From Methanobacteriota archaeon (GTDB lineage Archaea > Halobacteriota > Bog-38 > Methanoflorentales > Methanoflorentaceae): a DNA stretch of 64,000 nucleotides. The DNA lies in the NCBI GenBank assembly GCA_963720465.1, contig OY970393.1, forward strand, positions 64,001 through 128,000, read 5' to 3'. Made by a program: the position numbers and the translations under genes. The notes under the pieces were generated by a model that saw nothing but the letters and a program-made list of their open reading frames with translations, had not been told where the DNA came from and ran no database searches. Shown here one piece after another: positions 29,405 through 40,433 of the stretch (position 1 is the first letter of the stretch; each line of letters starts with the position of its first letter).

Positions 29405-29722
29405 ATGAAAAACGCTGAGGAAGAGGAGTTTCCTGAGGATCGTAAGAAACGCGAGCGTTTAACGGAGCCGGAGGGCTTGCCGAAAGGCGAAGAGTGCCCC
29501 CACTATCCGTGCCATTTCAAAGGACAAGTGTGCGTGTTTTGTTATTGTCCGAAGTACCCGTGTGAGGACTCGCAGCTTGGCAAGTGGATAGTGAGCTCTC
29601 AAGGCGACGTTATTTGGACGTGTATCGACTGCAGGCTGATCCACAAGAAGAGGATAGCGGAATATCTGCGTGACCATCCTGGGGCAACGATCGACGAATT
29701 GAAGCGCATTGACGCCGAGTAG
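29405..29722 (+). CDS. cysteine-rich small domain protein
   Basis: CPHYPCHF.GQ.CVFCYCP.YPC..W.C.DC..IH. Confidence 0.85.
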   Translation: MKNAEEEEFPEDRKKRERLTEPEGLPKGEECPHYPCHFKGQVCVFCYCPKYPCEDSQLGKWIVSSQGDVIWTCIDCRLIHKKRIAEYLRDHPGATIDELKRIDAE

Positions 29723-29880
29723 TCGTGCGCGCGACAGTAAAGTCTCGCGGAATCCTTTCCTGCACACAGTCGGGCAGCTGAACACTGGTACTTTCCCGAT
29801 GGACTTGCGGCGTGCCATCAATTTTATATAGAACTGTACGCAATGTAATCACGTCATTTCACGTTTACAGGAGGAAGAGT

Positions 29881-31524
29881 ATGGCAGGACGACCCACAGG
29901 ACAACTTGTTAGTGCCGGCGGACAGCCGATTTTGATTCTCAAAGAGGGTACCACTCGGACGCGAGGCGAGGAAGCCCAAAGCATGAATATCGAAGCTGCG
30001 CGCGCCGTAGCAAATGCAGTAAGAACGACTCTTGGCCCTAAGGGGATGGACAAAATGCTCGTCGATAGCATCGGCGATGTCGTCATCACCAATGACGGAG
30101 CAACCATCCTAAAAGAGATGGATATCGAACATCCCGCTGCAAAGATGGTAGTCGAGGTCGCTAAGACCCAGGACGACGAAGTCGGCGACGGGACCACAAC
30201 CGCAGTCGTGCTTGTTGGTGAACTTTTGCGAGAAGCAGAGGAGCTTTTGGGTGAAGATGTGCACCCTACGGTAATCGCTGCGGGGTTCAACTTGGCTGCG
30301 CGCAAGGCGACAGAAGTACTTACTGAAATGGCTTTTGAAGGCGATGATGCGACGCTTAGAAACATTGCGATGACGGCCATAACGGGAAAGGGCGCTGAGA
30401 TGATGCTCGGCAAGATGGCTGACATCGTTGTCGAAGCCGTGCAGCTCGTCGCTGAGGACGTTGATGGAAAGAAAACCGTAGACCCCGATGACATCAGTGT
30501 AGTGCGCCGCTACGGGGCATCGGTCGATGATTCAAAACTCGTGCGCGGCCTCATCATCGACAAAGAAAAAGTGCACCCGCTTATGCCCACGACGGTGAAA
30601 GATGCCAAGATAGCCCTTCTTAATGTTGGCTTGGAAATCGAAAAGACGGAGATCGACGCGAAGATTGAGATCAATGATCCAGGACAGATGCAGTCGTTCT
30701 GGGATGAGGAAGAGCGGAGGCTTGAATCGATCGCCGACAAGGTGATTGCAAGCGGGGCAAACGTCGTTTTTTGCCAAAAAGGGATCGACGATCTCGTCCA
30801 GCATTATCTTGCGAAGGCGGGCATATTGGCCGGACGGCGGGTCAAGAAAAGCGATATGAAACGCCTCGAAAAGGCGACTGGGGGCAAGATCACCGACACG
30901 CTGGAGGATCTTGCCCAACTCGGCTATGCCGGTTTGGTCCAGGAGAGAAAAGTCGGCGATAATGAGATGATTTTTGTCGAAAACACACAAAACCCCAAAG
31001 CGGTATCCATTTTGCTCCGCGGCAGCATCGAACACGTTGTCGACGAGATGGATAGGGCGGTAAACGACGCCCTGAAAGTCGTCTCGTTGACCCTTGAGAA
31101 GAACCAAGTACTGGCAGGCGGTGGCGCTCCGGAGATCGAACTTGCAATGACTCTGCGCGACTATGCGACGACTTTTGGCGGGCGTGAACAACTCTCCGTG
31201 CGCGCTTTTGCGAATGCGATGGAGATCATTCCAAAAACGCTTATTGAAAATGCTGGTGGAGATCCACTCGACAAGATTGTGGAGCTTCGCAGTGCCCACG
31301 AATCGGGTGATCGAAACGCTGGTATATCAGTGGACGGTGAGGTAAGGGACATGCTGGCTCTCAATGTTGTTGATCCGCTCCGCGTAAAACTAAACGCGGT
31401 CGAATCCGCGATGGAAACTGCCAATATGATCTTGAGAATTGATGATATCATCGCTGCAAGCACAGAAACGCCCGGACCTGGCGGCGAAAGTCCAGACATG
31501 TACCGAGAAGCGGAACTGTACTGA
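29881..31524 (+). CDS. ths: thermosome (group II chaperonin) subunit
   Basis: TLGPKGMDKM, GDGTTT, GGGAPE. Confidence 0.97.
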   Translation: MAGRPTGQLVSAGGQPILILKEGTTRTRGEEAQSMNIEAARAVANAVRTTLGPKGMDKMLVDSIGDVVITNDGATILKEMDIEHPAAKMVVEVAKTQDDEVGDGTTTAVVLVGELLREAEELLGEDVHPTVIAAGFNLAARKATEVLTEMAFEGDDATLRNIAMTAITGKGAEMMLGKMADIVVEAVQLVAEDVDGKKTVDPDDISVVRRYGASVDDSKLVRGLIIDKEKVHPLMPTTVKDAKIALLNVGLEIEKTEIDAKIEINDPGQMQSFWDEEERRLESIADKVIASGANVVFCQKGIDDLVQHYLAKAGILAGRRVKKSDMKRLEKATGGKITDTLEDLAQLGYAGLVQERKVGDNEMIFVENTQNPKAVSILLRGSIEHVVDEMDRAVNDALKVVSLTLEKNQVLAGGGAPEIELAMTLRDYATTFGGREQLSVRAFANAMEIIPKTLIENAGGDPLDKIVELRSAHESGDRNAGISVDGEVRDMLALNVVDPLRVKLNAVESAMETANMILRIDDIIAASTETPGPGGESPDMYREAELY

Positions 31525-31724
31525 TGACTGTGCTTAGCAGTCATCGTTCTCTCTTTTTTTGAGGCCACAAATCGCGAATGTGGATCTGGCCTCCGATCTA
31601 CGACGCAAAGGCTGCTCAGTCAGCTAACATAACTTATAAATAGTCAAGAATTGCTCATTTGAGTGGTTTTCAGGCGAAGATCGACAGGCGGAAGTTTGCA
31701 CCACGACACAGTGAGTCGTGACTT

Positions 31725-32342
31725 ATGCGGCAAAAAGGAATTCTTGCGATTTTAATTGTTTCGATAATGCTGTTTTCGTGTGGTTGTTTGGGGGGCGGGC
31801 AGAGCAATAATACCAACACGGCACCTCTCGCGAACTCCTTGCTAGTCGTCAGATCGGTTGAGGTTATGGTGGGCTACAACACTTCTCTTTCCTGCATTTT
31901 GAACACAACGAACGGGGGGGGCCTTGACAATCAAACCGTTTACTGGTACCTCGACGGCACGCCTCTTGGGCAAAGCTCCACTTACTTTGGATTTGCAACG
32001 TACAACCTATCCGTAAGCAACGTCTCGGGACTTGCGCTGGGAGAACACCAAATCCTCGCAAAATACGAAGGCAACGCCGATTATGCGGGTGCACAAGCAG
32101 AAGGCGTGCTGCTCGTTATCGCAGCACCGACGCCAACACCAACCCCAACGCCAAGACCAACCGCAACACCAACCCCAACACCAACCCCAACGCCAAGACC
32201 AACCGCAACACCAACCCCAACGCTTAGACCAGCGCCATCGTCTTCCCCGACGTCCAGGCCTACACCGAGTCCATCATCAACACCCACAGCAAGCCCGACC
32301 CCGACGCCAAGCCCATCGAGGCGAACGCGATCGGTTACCTGA
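31725..32342 (+). CDS. lipoprotein with Ig-like domain and Pro/Thr repeat tail
   Basis: SCGC lipobox, YEGNADY, (PT)n repeats. Confidence 0.75.
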   Translation: MRQKGILAILIVSIMLFSCGCLGGGQSNNTNTAPLANSLLVVRSVEVMVGYNTSLSCILNTTNGGGLDNQTVYWYLDGTPLGQSSTYFGFATYNLSVSNVSGLALGEHQILAKYEGNADYAGAQAEGVLLVIAAPTPTPTPTPRPTATPTPTPTPTPRPTATPTPTLRPAPSSSPTSRPTPSPSSTPTASPTPTPSPSRRTRSVT

Positions 32343-32629
32343 GATGCGAGGACGTGTCGCGGCGCGATATGCCGTTGGTGCGCCGTGACTTCTCACGCTT
32401 CTCAGGTAGGCACGAGGCGATCTACCGAGACTTATGCGCAGACGTGTTATGATGGAGCTTGAGAAGCGTGCCGCAGACTTGAAGCGTGGCGGTGATCTCG
32501 TCACTTCCGCAGGGCCTGCGATTTGAGCCAATCAGCAATCGCCGGCAGCTCAAGTTCGTTTCGCGCAATAGTTAACACGAAACTCTTTATCGGTGCTTTG
32601 GGATCTATATAGTAACCATTTTGTTCTAG

Positions 32630-32911
32630 GAAGAGAACGCGCGCTAGGAAACCTTCTTTTCGTCCCCTTGATCAATGCATGCGTACTGATGATACATTCG
32701 ATCAGGGAAGCAGCTTTCAAGAATATGTTGGGGTAAGGCGTATACCCATAAATTTGCGTTCGAGGGCGATCAAGGCAGCTTGAAGTAGATTATCACGAAT
32801 GCCGGGGTGAAGACACGTGTCGCGCTCGCCTTCAATCGCCTCAATCATCTCGTGTGTATGCTTCGAATCTGCTGCGCGGTCAAGTACACGACCATCGCTA
32901 AAACTCCGCAA
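32630..32911 (-). pseudogene. Doc/Fic toxin remnant
   Basis: PGIRDNLLQAAL..(fs)..KAASLIECIISTHALIKGTKR, degenerate HPFxDGNKR. Confidence 0.65.
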
Positions 32912-33027
32912 GCTCTTCTAGCACGCTTCGGTACCGCTCGATAGCTTCACAGAGCAACTTCTCAAAGTCCTCTTCTTGCTGAAAAGTTTCGTGGGTAGTG
33001 CCTGACTCGCCTGTGTCAACCTCTCTT
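32898..33027 (-). CDS. putative antitoxin partner of Doc (start uncertain)
   Basis: EDFEKLLCEAIERYRSVLEELAEF immediately upstream of doc. Confidence 0.45.
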
Positions 33028-34206
33028 TCAATCTTTGACAAACTTGTTGTATGCACGGCTTTGAAAACCGTGGTATTTAGAGAATCCCTCTGCATCGCGT
33101 TGATCTAGCGCCTTATCATTGAAAGAAACGAGTGCCTCCGAATACAACGCCTTGGGCGAACTTCGAGCGACGGCGGTTGCCTTTCCCGCATGCAGTAGCA
33201 ACGTAACCGAACCGGTGACCCGTTCTTGCGTTTTGTCGATAAACGCGTCTAGTGCGGCGGTCAGCGGTTCGTCTAATAAGCCTTGATAGATCAGCTCAGC
33301 CCACTCCGCTTCGACTTGCGCCTTGAACTTTCGTTCCAGTCGCGTCAGGACAAGTGCCTCCAACTCTTGGTGAGCCGTCAGAATAACGGTCGCGGCGGGA
33401 TGCTCGTAGATCTCTCGCGCTTTGAGGCCAAGAACGCGGTCTTCGATGAGGTCGGTTCGACCGACACCGAATTTTCCCGCCACATCGTTGAGCTTCTTGA
33501 TGAGCTCAAGTCCGCTCACGTGTGCGCCATCTAATGCGATTGGGGTACCTTTTTCGAAATCGAGGTTTAACAGGAGTTTGCCTCGCGTTTTTCTCGGCGC
33601 CGTTGTCCACTGATAGATGTCCTCTGGCGGGATACAGGAGGTGTCTTCGAGACGACCCCCCTCGATGGAACGGGACCAGAGGTTTTCGTCTACGCTGTAA
33701 GGCTTCTCAAAAGTAATCGGCACGTCAAGATCGTGTTCGAGCGCATATTCGATCTCCTCGGAACGCGTCAGATTGAGTTCACGCATTGGCGCGTGAATTT
33801 TGTATTTTGATGCTCGGAATACCGCTTCGAACCGAAGCTGGTCATTGCCCTTACCGGTGCAGCCGTGTGCGATCGCTGAGACGTGCTCTCTCTCGGCGAT
33901 TTCGAGCACTTTCTTTGCGATGAGTGGTCGAGCAATAGCTTGTCCCAGGGTATATCCTTCGTAGTTGCCGTTTGCCTTGATCAGCGGAAACAAGTACGTC
34001 TCGACGAACTCGTTCTTCGCATCTACCGTGTAATGCTTGTCGCTCAGCTTGCCAGCCCGCGCTTCTGCGTTTCTCAGGTCGCGCTCGGGTTGGCCGACGT
34101 CAACCGTAACGGTGACAATCTCATCATACTGGTATTGCTCTCTCAAGATCGGAACGCAGACAGAAGTGTCCAGACCTCCAGAATATGAAAGCACGACTTT
34201 GCTCAT
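33028..34206 (-). CDS. argG: argininosuccinate synthase
   Basis: [29 protein letters not shown]. Confidence 0.97.
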   Translation of the reverse strand: MSKVVLSYSGGLDTSVCVPILREQYQYDEIVTVTVDVGQPERDLRNAEARAGKLSDKHYTVDAKNEFVETYLFPLIKANGNYEGYTLGQAIARPLIAKKVLEIAEREHVSAIAHGCTGKGNDQLRFEAVFRASKYKIHAPMRELNLTRSEEIEYALEHDLDVPITFEKPYSVDENLWSRSIEGGRLEDTSCIPPEDIYQWTTAPRKTRGKLLLNLDFEKGTPIALDGAHVSGLELIKKLNDVAGKFGVGRTDLIEDRVLGLKAREIYEHPAATVILTAHQELEALVLTRLERKFKAQVEAEWAELIYQGLLDEPLTAALDAFIDKTQERVTGSVTLLLHAGKATAVARSSPKALYSEALVSFNDKALDQRDAEGFSKYHGFQSRAYNKFVKD

Positions 34207-34259
34207 CACAATCACCTAGATGAAGTAGTTTTACAGTTTTTGCTCGCGTCTGTTATCGG

Positions 34260-34745
34260 CTACCTCAAGCGCGCGCGAATTACGGCGGTGTTGGCGACCG
34301 TATCTGAGAACCGTTGTCGTGGGTCACCTTGAGTCACGAAGCCTACGATCAGATCGAGTGCGAATAGGAGCGCGAAAGCCGGAAGCCAAGCTTTAGTGAA
34401 ACTTCTCACAAAAGCCTTTGTATAGCTCATGCTGCCGCCTAGCGACCTTACTTTTACGTCCATAAAACGCTTGCCAATCGTCGCACCTGTCGATCCTTCT
34501 AATGCGACGTAGTAACCCCACACGATGATGAGGCCAAATATGACTGAAAATCCCGAAAATAATCCCCCAAAAGCGCTTACGTTGAATACTAACAAAGGCA
34601 AGAACAAAACAATTGCCAGGACGGCGTTTAATACCACGAACACGACGAGCAAAATTAACGAGTCGATGACGAACGCTATTGCGCGTCGCGTCCATAGATT
34701 TTGGAGTGCGCTATTGGCTCGTACAACTTCAAACCTTCGCTGCAT
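34260..34745 (-). CDS. RDD family membrane protein
   Basis: RRAIAFVID, GATIGKR, RQRFSD. Confidence 0.85.
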   Translation of the reverse strand: MQRRFEVVRANSALQNLWTRRAIAFVIDSLILLVVFVVLNAVLAIVLFLPLLVFNVSAFGGLFSGFSVIFGLIIVWGYYVALEGSTGATIGKRFMDVKVRSLGGSMSYTKAFVRSFTKAWLPAFALLFALDLIVGFVTQGDPRQRFSDTVANTAVIRARLR

Positions 34746-35004
34746 TGTGTCGCTCCACAGTTACACGCGCGAGCTTAAAAGCATTTTTATCGACGCTGCA
34801 CCCCTGTGATCCGTCTCTTTTCCGAGCACACTTCATATTGCGGCCCTCAAACGCGAGAGCGGATGGGCGGGTACAGTTCGTTGCCTTTGCAACTGTTGCT
34901 CTCTCGCAGTAGCGGCCAGGTGCAGAACTACTACTCGAGAAACTCAGCTTTGAACACACGCGAGACGCTTGGCATCCATTGAAGCGGCGCGATCGTACAC
35001 GCAA

Positions 35005-38000
35005 TTAGCTTTCCGGCCATAAATCGTTAATGTAGCTATTCAAAGGCCTTATCGTGAGGTTCTGAGCTCGTGGCTCATCGTAATGCTCCAGCATCGTGTG
35101 GATGGCATCAGCTGAAGCTCGGGCTCCTTGGACACTTGTTATGTACGGCACATTGTGATCTACGGCTGCGCGCCGCAGCACCTCTCCATCAAGCCGGGAC
35201 TGCTTCCACGTAGGGGTGTTGATTATTAGTTGTATCCCGCCGCTGCGCATCATGTCTAGCAGTTCGGGGCTGTCGGTGAGTTTCGGCACCGTGGTCACTG
35301 GCACATCGCGCTCTCCAAGGTAGGTTGCTGTCCCGACCGTCGCTAGCAGCTTGAATCCGACTTTCTGTAGTGATTTTGCGATGCCGCATAATTCAGCCTT
35401 ATCTTCGTCTCTTACCGAGATGAACACCGTCCCCGAAAGTGGCAGTTCATTCTCGCTCGCGAGGGCTGCCTTGTAAAATGCTCTTCCGAAGTCGTAGTCT
35501 ATGCCCATGACCTCTCCCGTACTTTTCATTTCGGGGCCTAATATCGGATCTACTCCAGGGAGCTTGTCAAAAGGAAGTACCACTTCTTTCACGGCAACGT
35601 GCCCGATCGTGGGCTCTGTCGGATAAAGGTCGCGCAACCGCTGCCCCACTATCACTTTGGCGGCGATCTTTGCCAACGGCAAGCCCGTGGCTTTTGAGAC
35701 ATAGGGAATCGTTCTGCTTGAGCGTGGATTTGCTTCTAGAACGTAAACCGTCCCGTCTTTTATCGCCATTTGAAGGTTGATGAGCCCAATGACGTTAAGC
35801 GCACGGGCAATCCTCCTCACGTAGTTCTTAATAATTTCCTGCGTCTCAGCGTCAATCGATTGAGCTGGGATGACGACCGCTGAGTCGCCGGAGTGAATCC
35901 CTGCCTCTTCGATATGTTCCATTATGGCGGGCACCAGGACTTCATCTCCGTCACTGACTGCGTCGACATCGATCTCAACAGCGTGCTGCAAGAACTTGTC
36001 GATCAGCACTGGGTGTTGTCTGGATACCCTCACCGCTTCGTCAATATAACGGTCCAACTCGGATTCGTCGTAGACGATCTCCATGGCGCGGCCCCCGAGC
36101 ACGTATGAAGGTCGTACGAGAAGCGGATAACCTATCTCTCGCGCGATTTTCGTCGCTCCCTCGCGCGAAGTCGCAGAGCCGCTTTCCGGCTGCGGAATAG
36201 CGAGCTGCTCCAACAGTCTCGAAAATCGATCTCGATCTTCTGCAATGTCAATGGAGTCGGGGGATGTGCCGAGGACCCTCGTTGAAAACCCTCTTCGTTT
36301 GATCTCACTTTCAAGAGGGATAGCGAGGTTTACGGAAGTTTGGCCCCCGAATTGAACGAGAACGCCGTAAGGTTCTTCTTTTTCAATGATATTCATCACG
36401 TCTTCTAGCGTTAGAGGTTCAAAGAAGAGCTTATCTGACGTGTCATAGTCGGTCGAAACCGTCTCGGGATTGTTGTTTATGATATGCGCTTCTATGTTTT
36501 CCTCTCGTAGCGAGAGCACAGCGTGGACCGTACAGTAATCGAATTCAATCCCTTGTCCTATTCTGATGGGGCCTGCCCCTACGATGAGCACTTTCGTTCG
36601 GTCTGTAGGAACGACCTCGTTCTGTTGTTCGTAAGTCGAGTAGTAGTATGGCGTCTGCGCTCGAAACTCAGCAGCGCACGTATCGACCATCTTGTACGTC
36701 GCCGTTACATTGTGCGTTTTGCGATGTCTGAGGTCTGTGACCTTCGTTCGTTCAAGACCGGCCAGGTCAGCAATCTGCTGGTCGGTGAATCCGAGACGCT
36801 TTGCTCGTCGCAGATCTTCAGCGCTTATCTGCTTAGCGTGTCGGTTCAGGTACTTGTCTTCGAGGTAAGCCTCAAAATCAACTATATTCTTAATTTTCCG
36901 TATGAAAAATGGATCAATGTCCGCGCGTTGTGCTATTTCCGCGACAGCGTGCCCTTTCTTAAGGGCGCTGTAGATCTGAAATAGTCGCTTGTCAGTGGGG
37001 GTTGATATCAAATCAATGGGATCTTCAGCGATGGAAACTGCGATATCCAAATCGAGCGATCGGATCGCTTTCTGAAGTGACTCCTCGAGCGTTCGACCAA
37101 TCGCCATGACTTCGCCCGTGCTCTTCATGGCCGTTCCTAGGGTATTATCTGCCCTCGTGAACTTGTCAAACGGCCATCGCGGTATTTTGACGACCGTATA
37201 ATCTATGGTCGGCTCAAATGAGGCTGGCGTTTCGTTGGTAACTCGGTTGGGGATCTCGCTGAGTCGCATCCCGATTGCGATCTTTGCTGAGACGCGCGCG
37301 ATAGGATACCCCGTCGCTTTTGATGCAAGCGCCGATGAACGTGATACCCGCGGATTTACCTCGATAACGCGGTACTCTCCGTTTTTCAGGGCGAACTGTA
37401 TGTTGCAGCCGCCTTCGATTTGCAGGGCACGAATAATTCGAATCGAAGCGCTTCGCAGCATCTGGTGTTCAACATCGGAAAGGGTTTGCGACGGCGTCAC
37501 GACGATCGACTCGCCCGTGTGCACGCCCATAGGGTCGACGTTTTCCATGTTGCAGATGGTGATGCAGGTATCTCCTGAATCGCGCATCACTTCGTATTCG
37601 AATTCTTTCCATCCGAGGACGCTTTCTTCCACTAAGACTTGGCCGATGCGCGATTTTTTTATCCCGTTCTCGATGATGGCCTTCAATTGCCCTTCGTTTC
37701 TGGCTATGCCACTGCCACCTCCCCCGAGGGTGTACGCAGATCTGACGATTGAAGGCAAGCCGAGTTCCGCTGCCAGCCATTGGTAGTCATTCGAGTCATA
37801 GACCGCGTGGCTTTTGGGGACTCTTTCTCCGATGCCTTCCATCGTTGTCCGGAACCTTTCCCTGTCCTCGGCCATATAAATGGTCTCGAGGGGTGTTCCT
37901 AGGGGTTTAACGTTATATTCTGCCAAAACGCCCATCTCTGCCAGTTCGGCCGTGATATTGAGGCCCGTTTGCCCTCCCAGACCCGCTATTATTCCGTCAG

Positions 38001-38247
38001 GTTGTTCCTTTCGCACGATTGCAGCTACAATGTCGGGCTTCAGCGGTTCAATGTATACCGCGTCCGCCATGTTCGGGTCGGTCATTATCGTTGCGGGATT
38101 TGAGTTCACCAAGGTGACCGACACCCCCTCTTCTCGCAAAGAGGTGCAGGCTTGGCTCCCGCTGAAGTCGAACTCGGCCGCTTGCCCGATCACTATTGGA
38201 CCGGAGCCGATGAGTAGCACTTTTCCTATGTCTGCTCTTTTTGGCAT
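35005..38247 (-). CDS. carB: carbamoyl-phosphate synthase large subunit
   Basis: GSGPIVIGQAAEFDFSG, EVNPRVSRSSALASKATG, MGS domain. Confidence 0.98.
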   Translation of the reverse strand: MPKRADIGKVLLIGSGPIVIGQAAEFDFSGSQACTSLREEGVSVTLVNSNPATIMTDPNMADAVYIEPLKPDIVAAIVRKEQPDGIIAGLGGQTGLNITAELAEMGVLAEYNVKPLGTPLETIYMAEDRERFRTTMEGIGERVPKSHAVYDSNDYQWLAAELGLPSIVRSAYTLGGGGSGIARNEGQLKAIIENGIKKSRIGQVLVEESVLGWKEFEYEVMRDSGDTCITICNMENVDPMGVHTGESIVVTPSQTLSDVEHQMLRSASIRIIRALQIEGGCNIQFALKNGEYRVIEVNPRVSRSSALASKATGYPIARVSAKIAIGMRLSEIPNRVTNETPASFEPTIDYTVVKIPRWPFDKFTRADNTLGTAMKSTGEVMAIGRTLEESLQKAIRSLDLDIAVSIAEDPIDLISTPTDKRLFQIYSALKKGHAVAEIAQRADIDPFFIRKIKNIVDFEAYLEDKYLNRHAKQISAEDLRRAKRLGFTDQQIADLAGLERTKVTDLRHRKTHNVTATYKMVDTCAAEFRAQTPYYYSTYEQQNEVVPTDRTKVLIVGAGPIRIGQGIEFDYCTVHAVLSLREENIEAHIINNNPETVSTDYDTSDKLFFEPLTLEDVMNIIEKEEPYGVLVQFGGQTSVNLAIPLESEIKRRGFSTRVLGTSPDSIDIAEDRDRFSRLLEQLAIPQPESGSATSREGATKIAREIGYPLLVRPSYVLGGRAMEIVYDESELDRYIDEAVRVSRQHPVLIDKFLQHAVEIDVDAVSDGDEVLVPAIMEHIEEAGIHSGDSAVVIPAQSIDAETQEIIKNYVRRIARALNVIGLINLQMAIKDGTVYVLEANPRSSRTIPYVSKATGLPLAKIAAKVIVGQRLRDLYPTEPTIGHVAVKEVVLPFDKLPGVDPILGPEMKSTGEVMGIDYDFGRAFYKAALASENELPLSGTVFISVRDEDKAELCGIAKSLQKVGFKLLATVGTATYLGERDVPVTTVPKLTDSPELLDMMRSGGIQLIINTPTWKQSRLDGEVLRRAAVDHNVPYITSVQGARASADAIHTMLEHYDEPRAQNLTIRPLNSYINDLWPES

Positions 38248-38280
38248 TCTTCTTGGGCGCACACTAGGGCGTTTATGCCG

Positions 38281-39357
38281 TCACATGCTGCGACCTGCGA
38301 CATCGGTAATCTGGTCGAAAAACGATTTCTCAAGGTCGTGTGGACCAGGGGATGCTTCGGGGTGATATTGTACGCTCATGATACGTAGGTATTCATTTTC
38401 AATGCCTTCGACGGTGTTATCGTTGGCGTTGACCTGTGTAACAGTCATTTTATTCCTTTGGTCGTAGCGAACTGCGTAACCGTGATTTTGCGCAGTGATG
38501 TATACGCGCTGCGTGCGAAGGTCCAAAACGGGTTGGTTCGCACCTCGATGTCCAAATTTTAGTTTATACGTCTCTCCATCAAGTGCGAGGGCGATCAGCT
38601 GATGTCCGAGACATATCCCAAAGATGGGCAGTTGTCCCGCGAAGTCGCGGACCACGCGAATCCCGTTCTTGGCTTGAGCGGGATCGCCCGGGCCGTTGGA
38701 AAGCAATATCGCGTCAGGTTCGTAGTCTGCTATTCTTTTTCCCGGCGTGTCTGCAGGCACGACGATGAGGTCGACGTCGCGACGCTGTAGATTCCTAATT
38801 GTGTTTTGCTTGACGCCAAAGTCCATGAGAACGAAACGCTTTCCATTGCCGGGAATTCGGTAGGCGTTAGCGCAGGTGACCTCTGATACTAGGTCAAGGG
38901 TGGCGATGTCCGGAGCGAGGCGTGCAAGGTCAAGAGCCCTTCGAATGTCGGCGCGCGACCCTTTAGCGCTTGGCAAGAGGCATGCTTGCATTGCGCCTTC
39001 GTCGCGGATCATAATAGTGATCATCCGGGTGTCAATGTCCCATATGCCGGGAATTTCGTAAGCCTTGAGGAACGCATCGAGTGTCTGGTCGTTGGTGGGG
39101 TGTTCACACAGCTCTCTGATGACGAATGCTTCGGCTTGTATGCCTGCTGACTGGCAGTCGTCATAGTTTACGCCGTAATTTCCGACCAATGGATAGGTGA
39201 ATAGCAAGATTTGGCCGTTGTACGAGGGATCGGTCAGCGCTTCCACGTAGCCCGTGTAAGGGGTGGCGAAAACAAGCTCGCCCGTCGCAGCGCGCTTCGC
39301 TCCAAACCTTTTTCCTACCAATGCAACGCCATTTTCAAACGCGAGAATCGCTTTCAT
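38281..39357 (-). CDS. carA: carbamoyl-phosphate synthase small subunit
   Basis: TDPSY.GQ, SNGPGDP, GICLGHQ, QYHPEASPGP. Confidence 0.98.
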   Translation of the reverse strand: MKAILAFENGVALVGKRFGAKRAATGELVFATPYTGYVEALTDPSYNGQILLFTYPLVGNYGVNYDDCQSAGIQAEAFVIRELCEHPTNDQTLDAFLKAYEIPGIWDIDTRMITIMIRDEGAMQACLLPSAKGSRADIRRALDLARLAPDIATLDLVSEVTCANAYRIPGNGKRFVLMDFGVKQNTIRNLQRRDVDLIVVPADTPGKRIADYEPDAILLSNGPGDPAQAKNGIRVVRDFAGQLPIFGICLGHQLIALALDGETYKLKFGHRGANQPVLDLRTQRVYITAQNHGYAVRYDQRNKMTVTQVNANDNTVEGIENEYLRIMSVQYHPEASPGPHDLEKSFFDQITDVAGRSM

Positions 39358-39568
39358 GATCGTTCTACGGGAAGACGCGGGTTCTAGCTTGACGGTCGTG
39401 CATCTTTTATGCTAATCACGAGTATCTGGTAAATAAGTTATTGCGTTCAGCGCGGCACACCGGCACGACCATTGGTAGCGGTATAACGGACTAACCGACG
39501 ATGGCGCGAAAGCAGCAAGCGATGAGCAATTATGAGAAGCGTTCCTGTAAGCGGCTGAAAGCTTTAAA

Positions 39569-40423
39569 ATGCGCGATCGCCGCCTGGATTTGAAGTTACC
39601 TATGGAAAAATCGAAAGTTGCCTTGCGGCTTGCGTATGTAGGAACTGCGTACGCAGGTTTTCAGACACAACCGGGCCGCGCAACCGTACAAGCGGCGGTT
39701 GTCGAAGCTTTGCGCAGCGCGCGACTCTTTGACGAGCCTCGTGCTGCTCGTTTTTCGGCCTCTGGCAGAACAGACAAAGGAGTTCACGCTCTCGATGCGG
39801 TGGTCGCGTTTGAAACTGATGCTCGTGAGTTAGCCCTCCCTCGTCACATTAATACTCATCTGCCGGCAGAGATTTGGACGTGGGCGCGCGCGGATGTGCC
39901 CATTACGTTCGATGCCCGACGGGATGCTCTCCTGCGCGAATACCAATACATTTTGTGCGATGGGCACTTCGATGTACAAGCCATGCGTGAGGCAGCTGAT
40001 CTTTTGTACGGCGTGCACGATTTTCACAATTTCAGCCTCGAGAAACGGCGGCCGACCGTCAGGACAGTCTTTTCTTCGGGCGTGCGATTGTCGGGCAACT
40101 TTATCGTTGTGGACATCGCCGCTAATAGTTTCGTGTGGAACATGATGAGAAAACTCGTTACGGGGTTGACTCTTGTAGGAAACGGACAGCGAAGCGTTGC
40201 GTGGTTTGGGAACATGTTGGAGCGAAGTCACGTTGAAGGGATCCGGTCAGCGCCCGCTTCGGGACTCATACTCACGCGGGTCGAATATGACGGCATCGAC
40301 TTCGTCGAGGATATGTATGCGAAGAAGCGTGCACAGCAGCGCATAAAGGAAGCACTTGTGCACAACGGTGTTATGATGCAAATCCTGAAGCGTTTTGACG
40401 AACGAATGGCGGGGACCCTTTAA
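39569..40423 (+). CDS. truA: tRNA pseudouridine(38-40) synthase
   Basis: GFQTQP, SGRTDKGVHA, HDFHNF, SFVWNMMR. Confidence 0.95.
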   Translation: MRDRRLDLKLPMEKSKVALRLAYVGTAYAGFQTQPGRATVQAAVVEALRSARLFDEPRAARFSASGRTDKGVHALDAVVAFETDARELALPRHINTHLPAEIWTWARADVPITFDARRDALLREYQYILCDGHFDVQAMREAADLLYGVHDFHNFSLEKRRPTVRTVFSSGVRLSGNFIVVDIAANSFVWNMMRKLVTGLTLVGNGQRSVAWFGNMLERSHVEGIRSAPASGLILTRVEYDGIDFVEDMYAKKRAQQRIKEALVHNGVMMQILKRFDERMAGTL

Positions 40424-40433
40424 AACGCGGGGC

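Noticed and set aside
29865-31568. long antisense ORFs over thermosome (and similar ones over carB, hdrA, marker 2)
   Set aside because: Shadow ORFs of well-supported genes on the opposite strand
32125-32310. tandem repeats as CRISPR array or VNTR element
   Set aside because: In-frame Pro/Thr linker of a lipoprotein; no unique spacers. No CRISPR array was seen anywhere in the window
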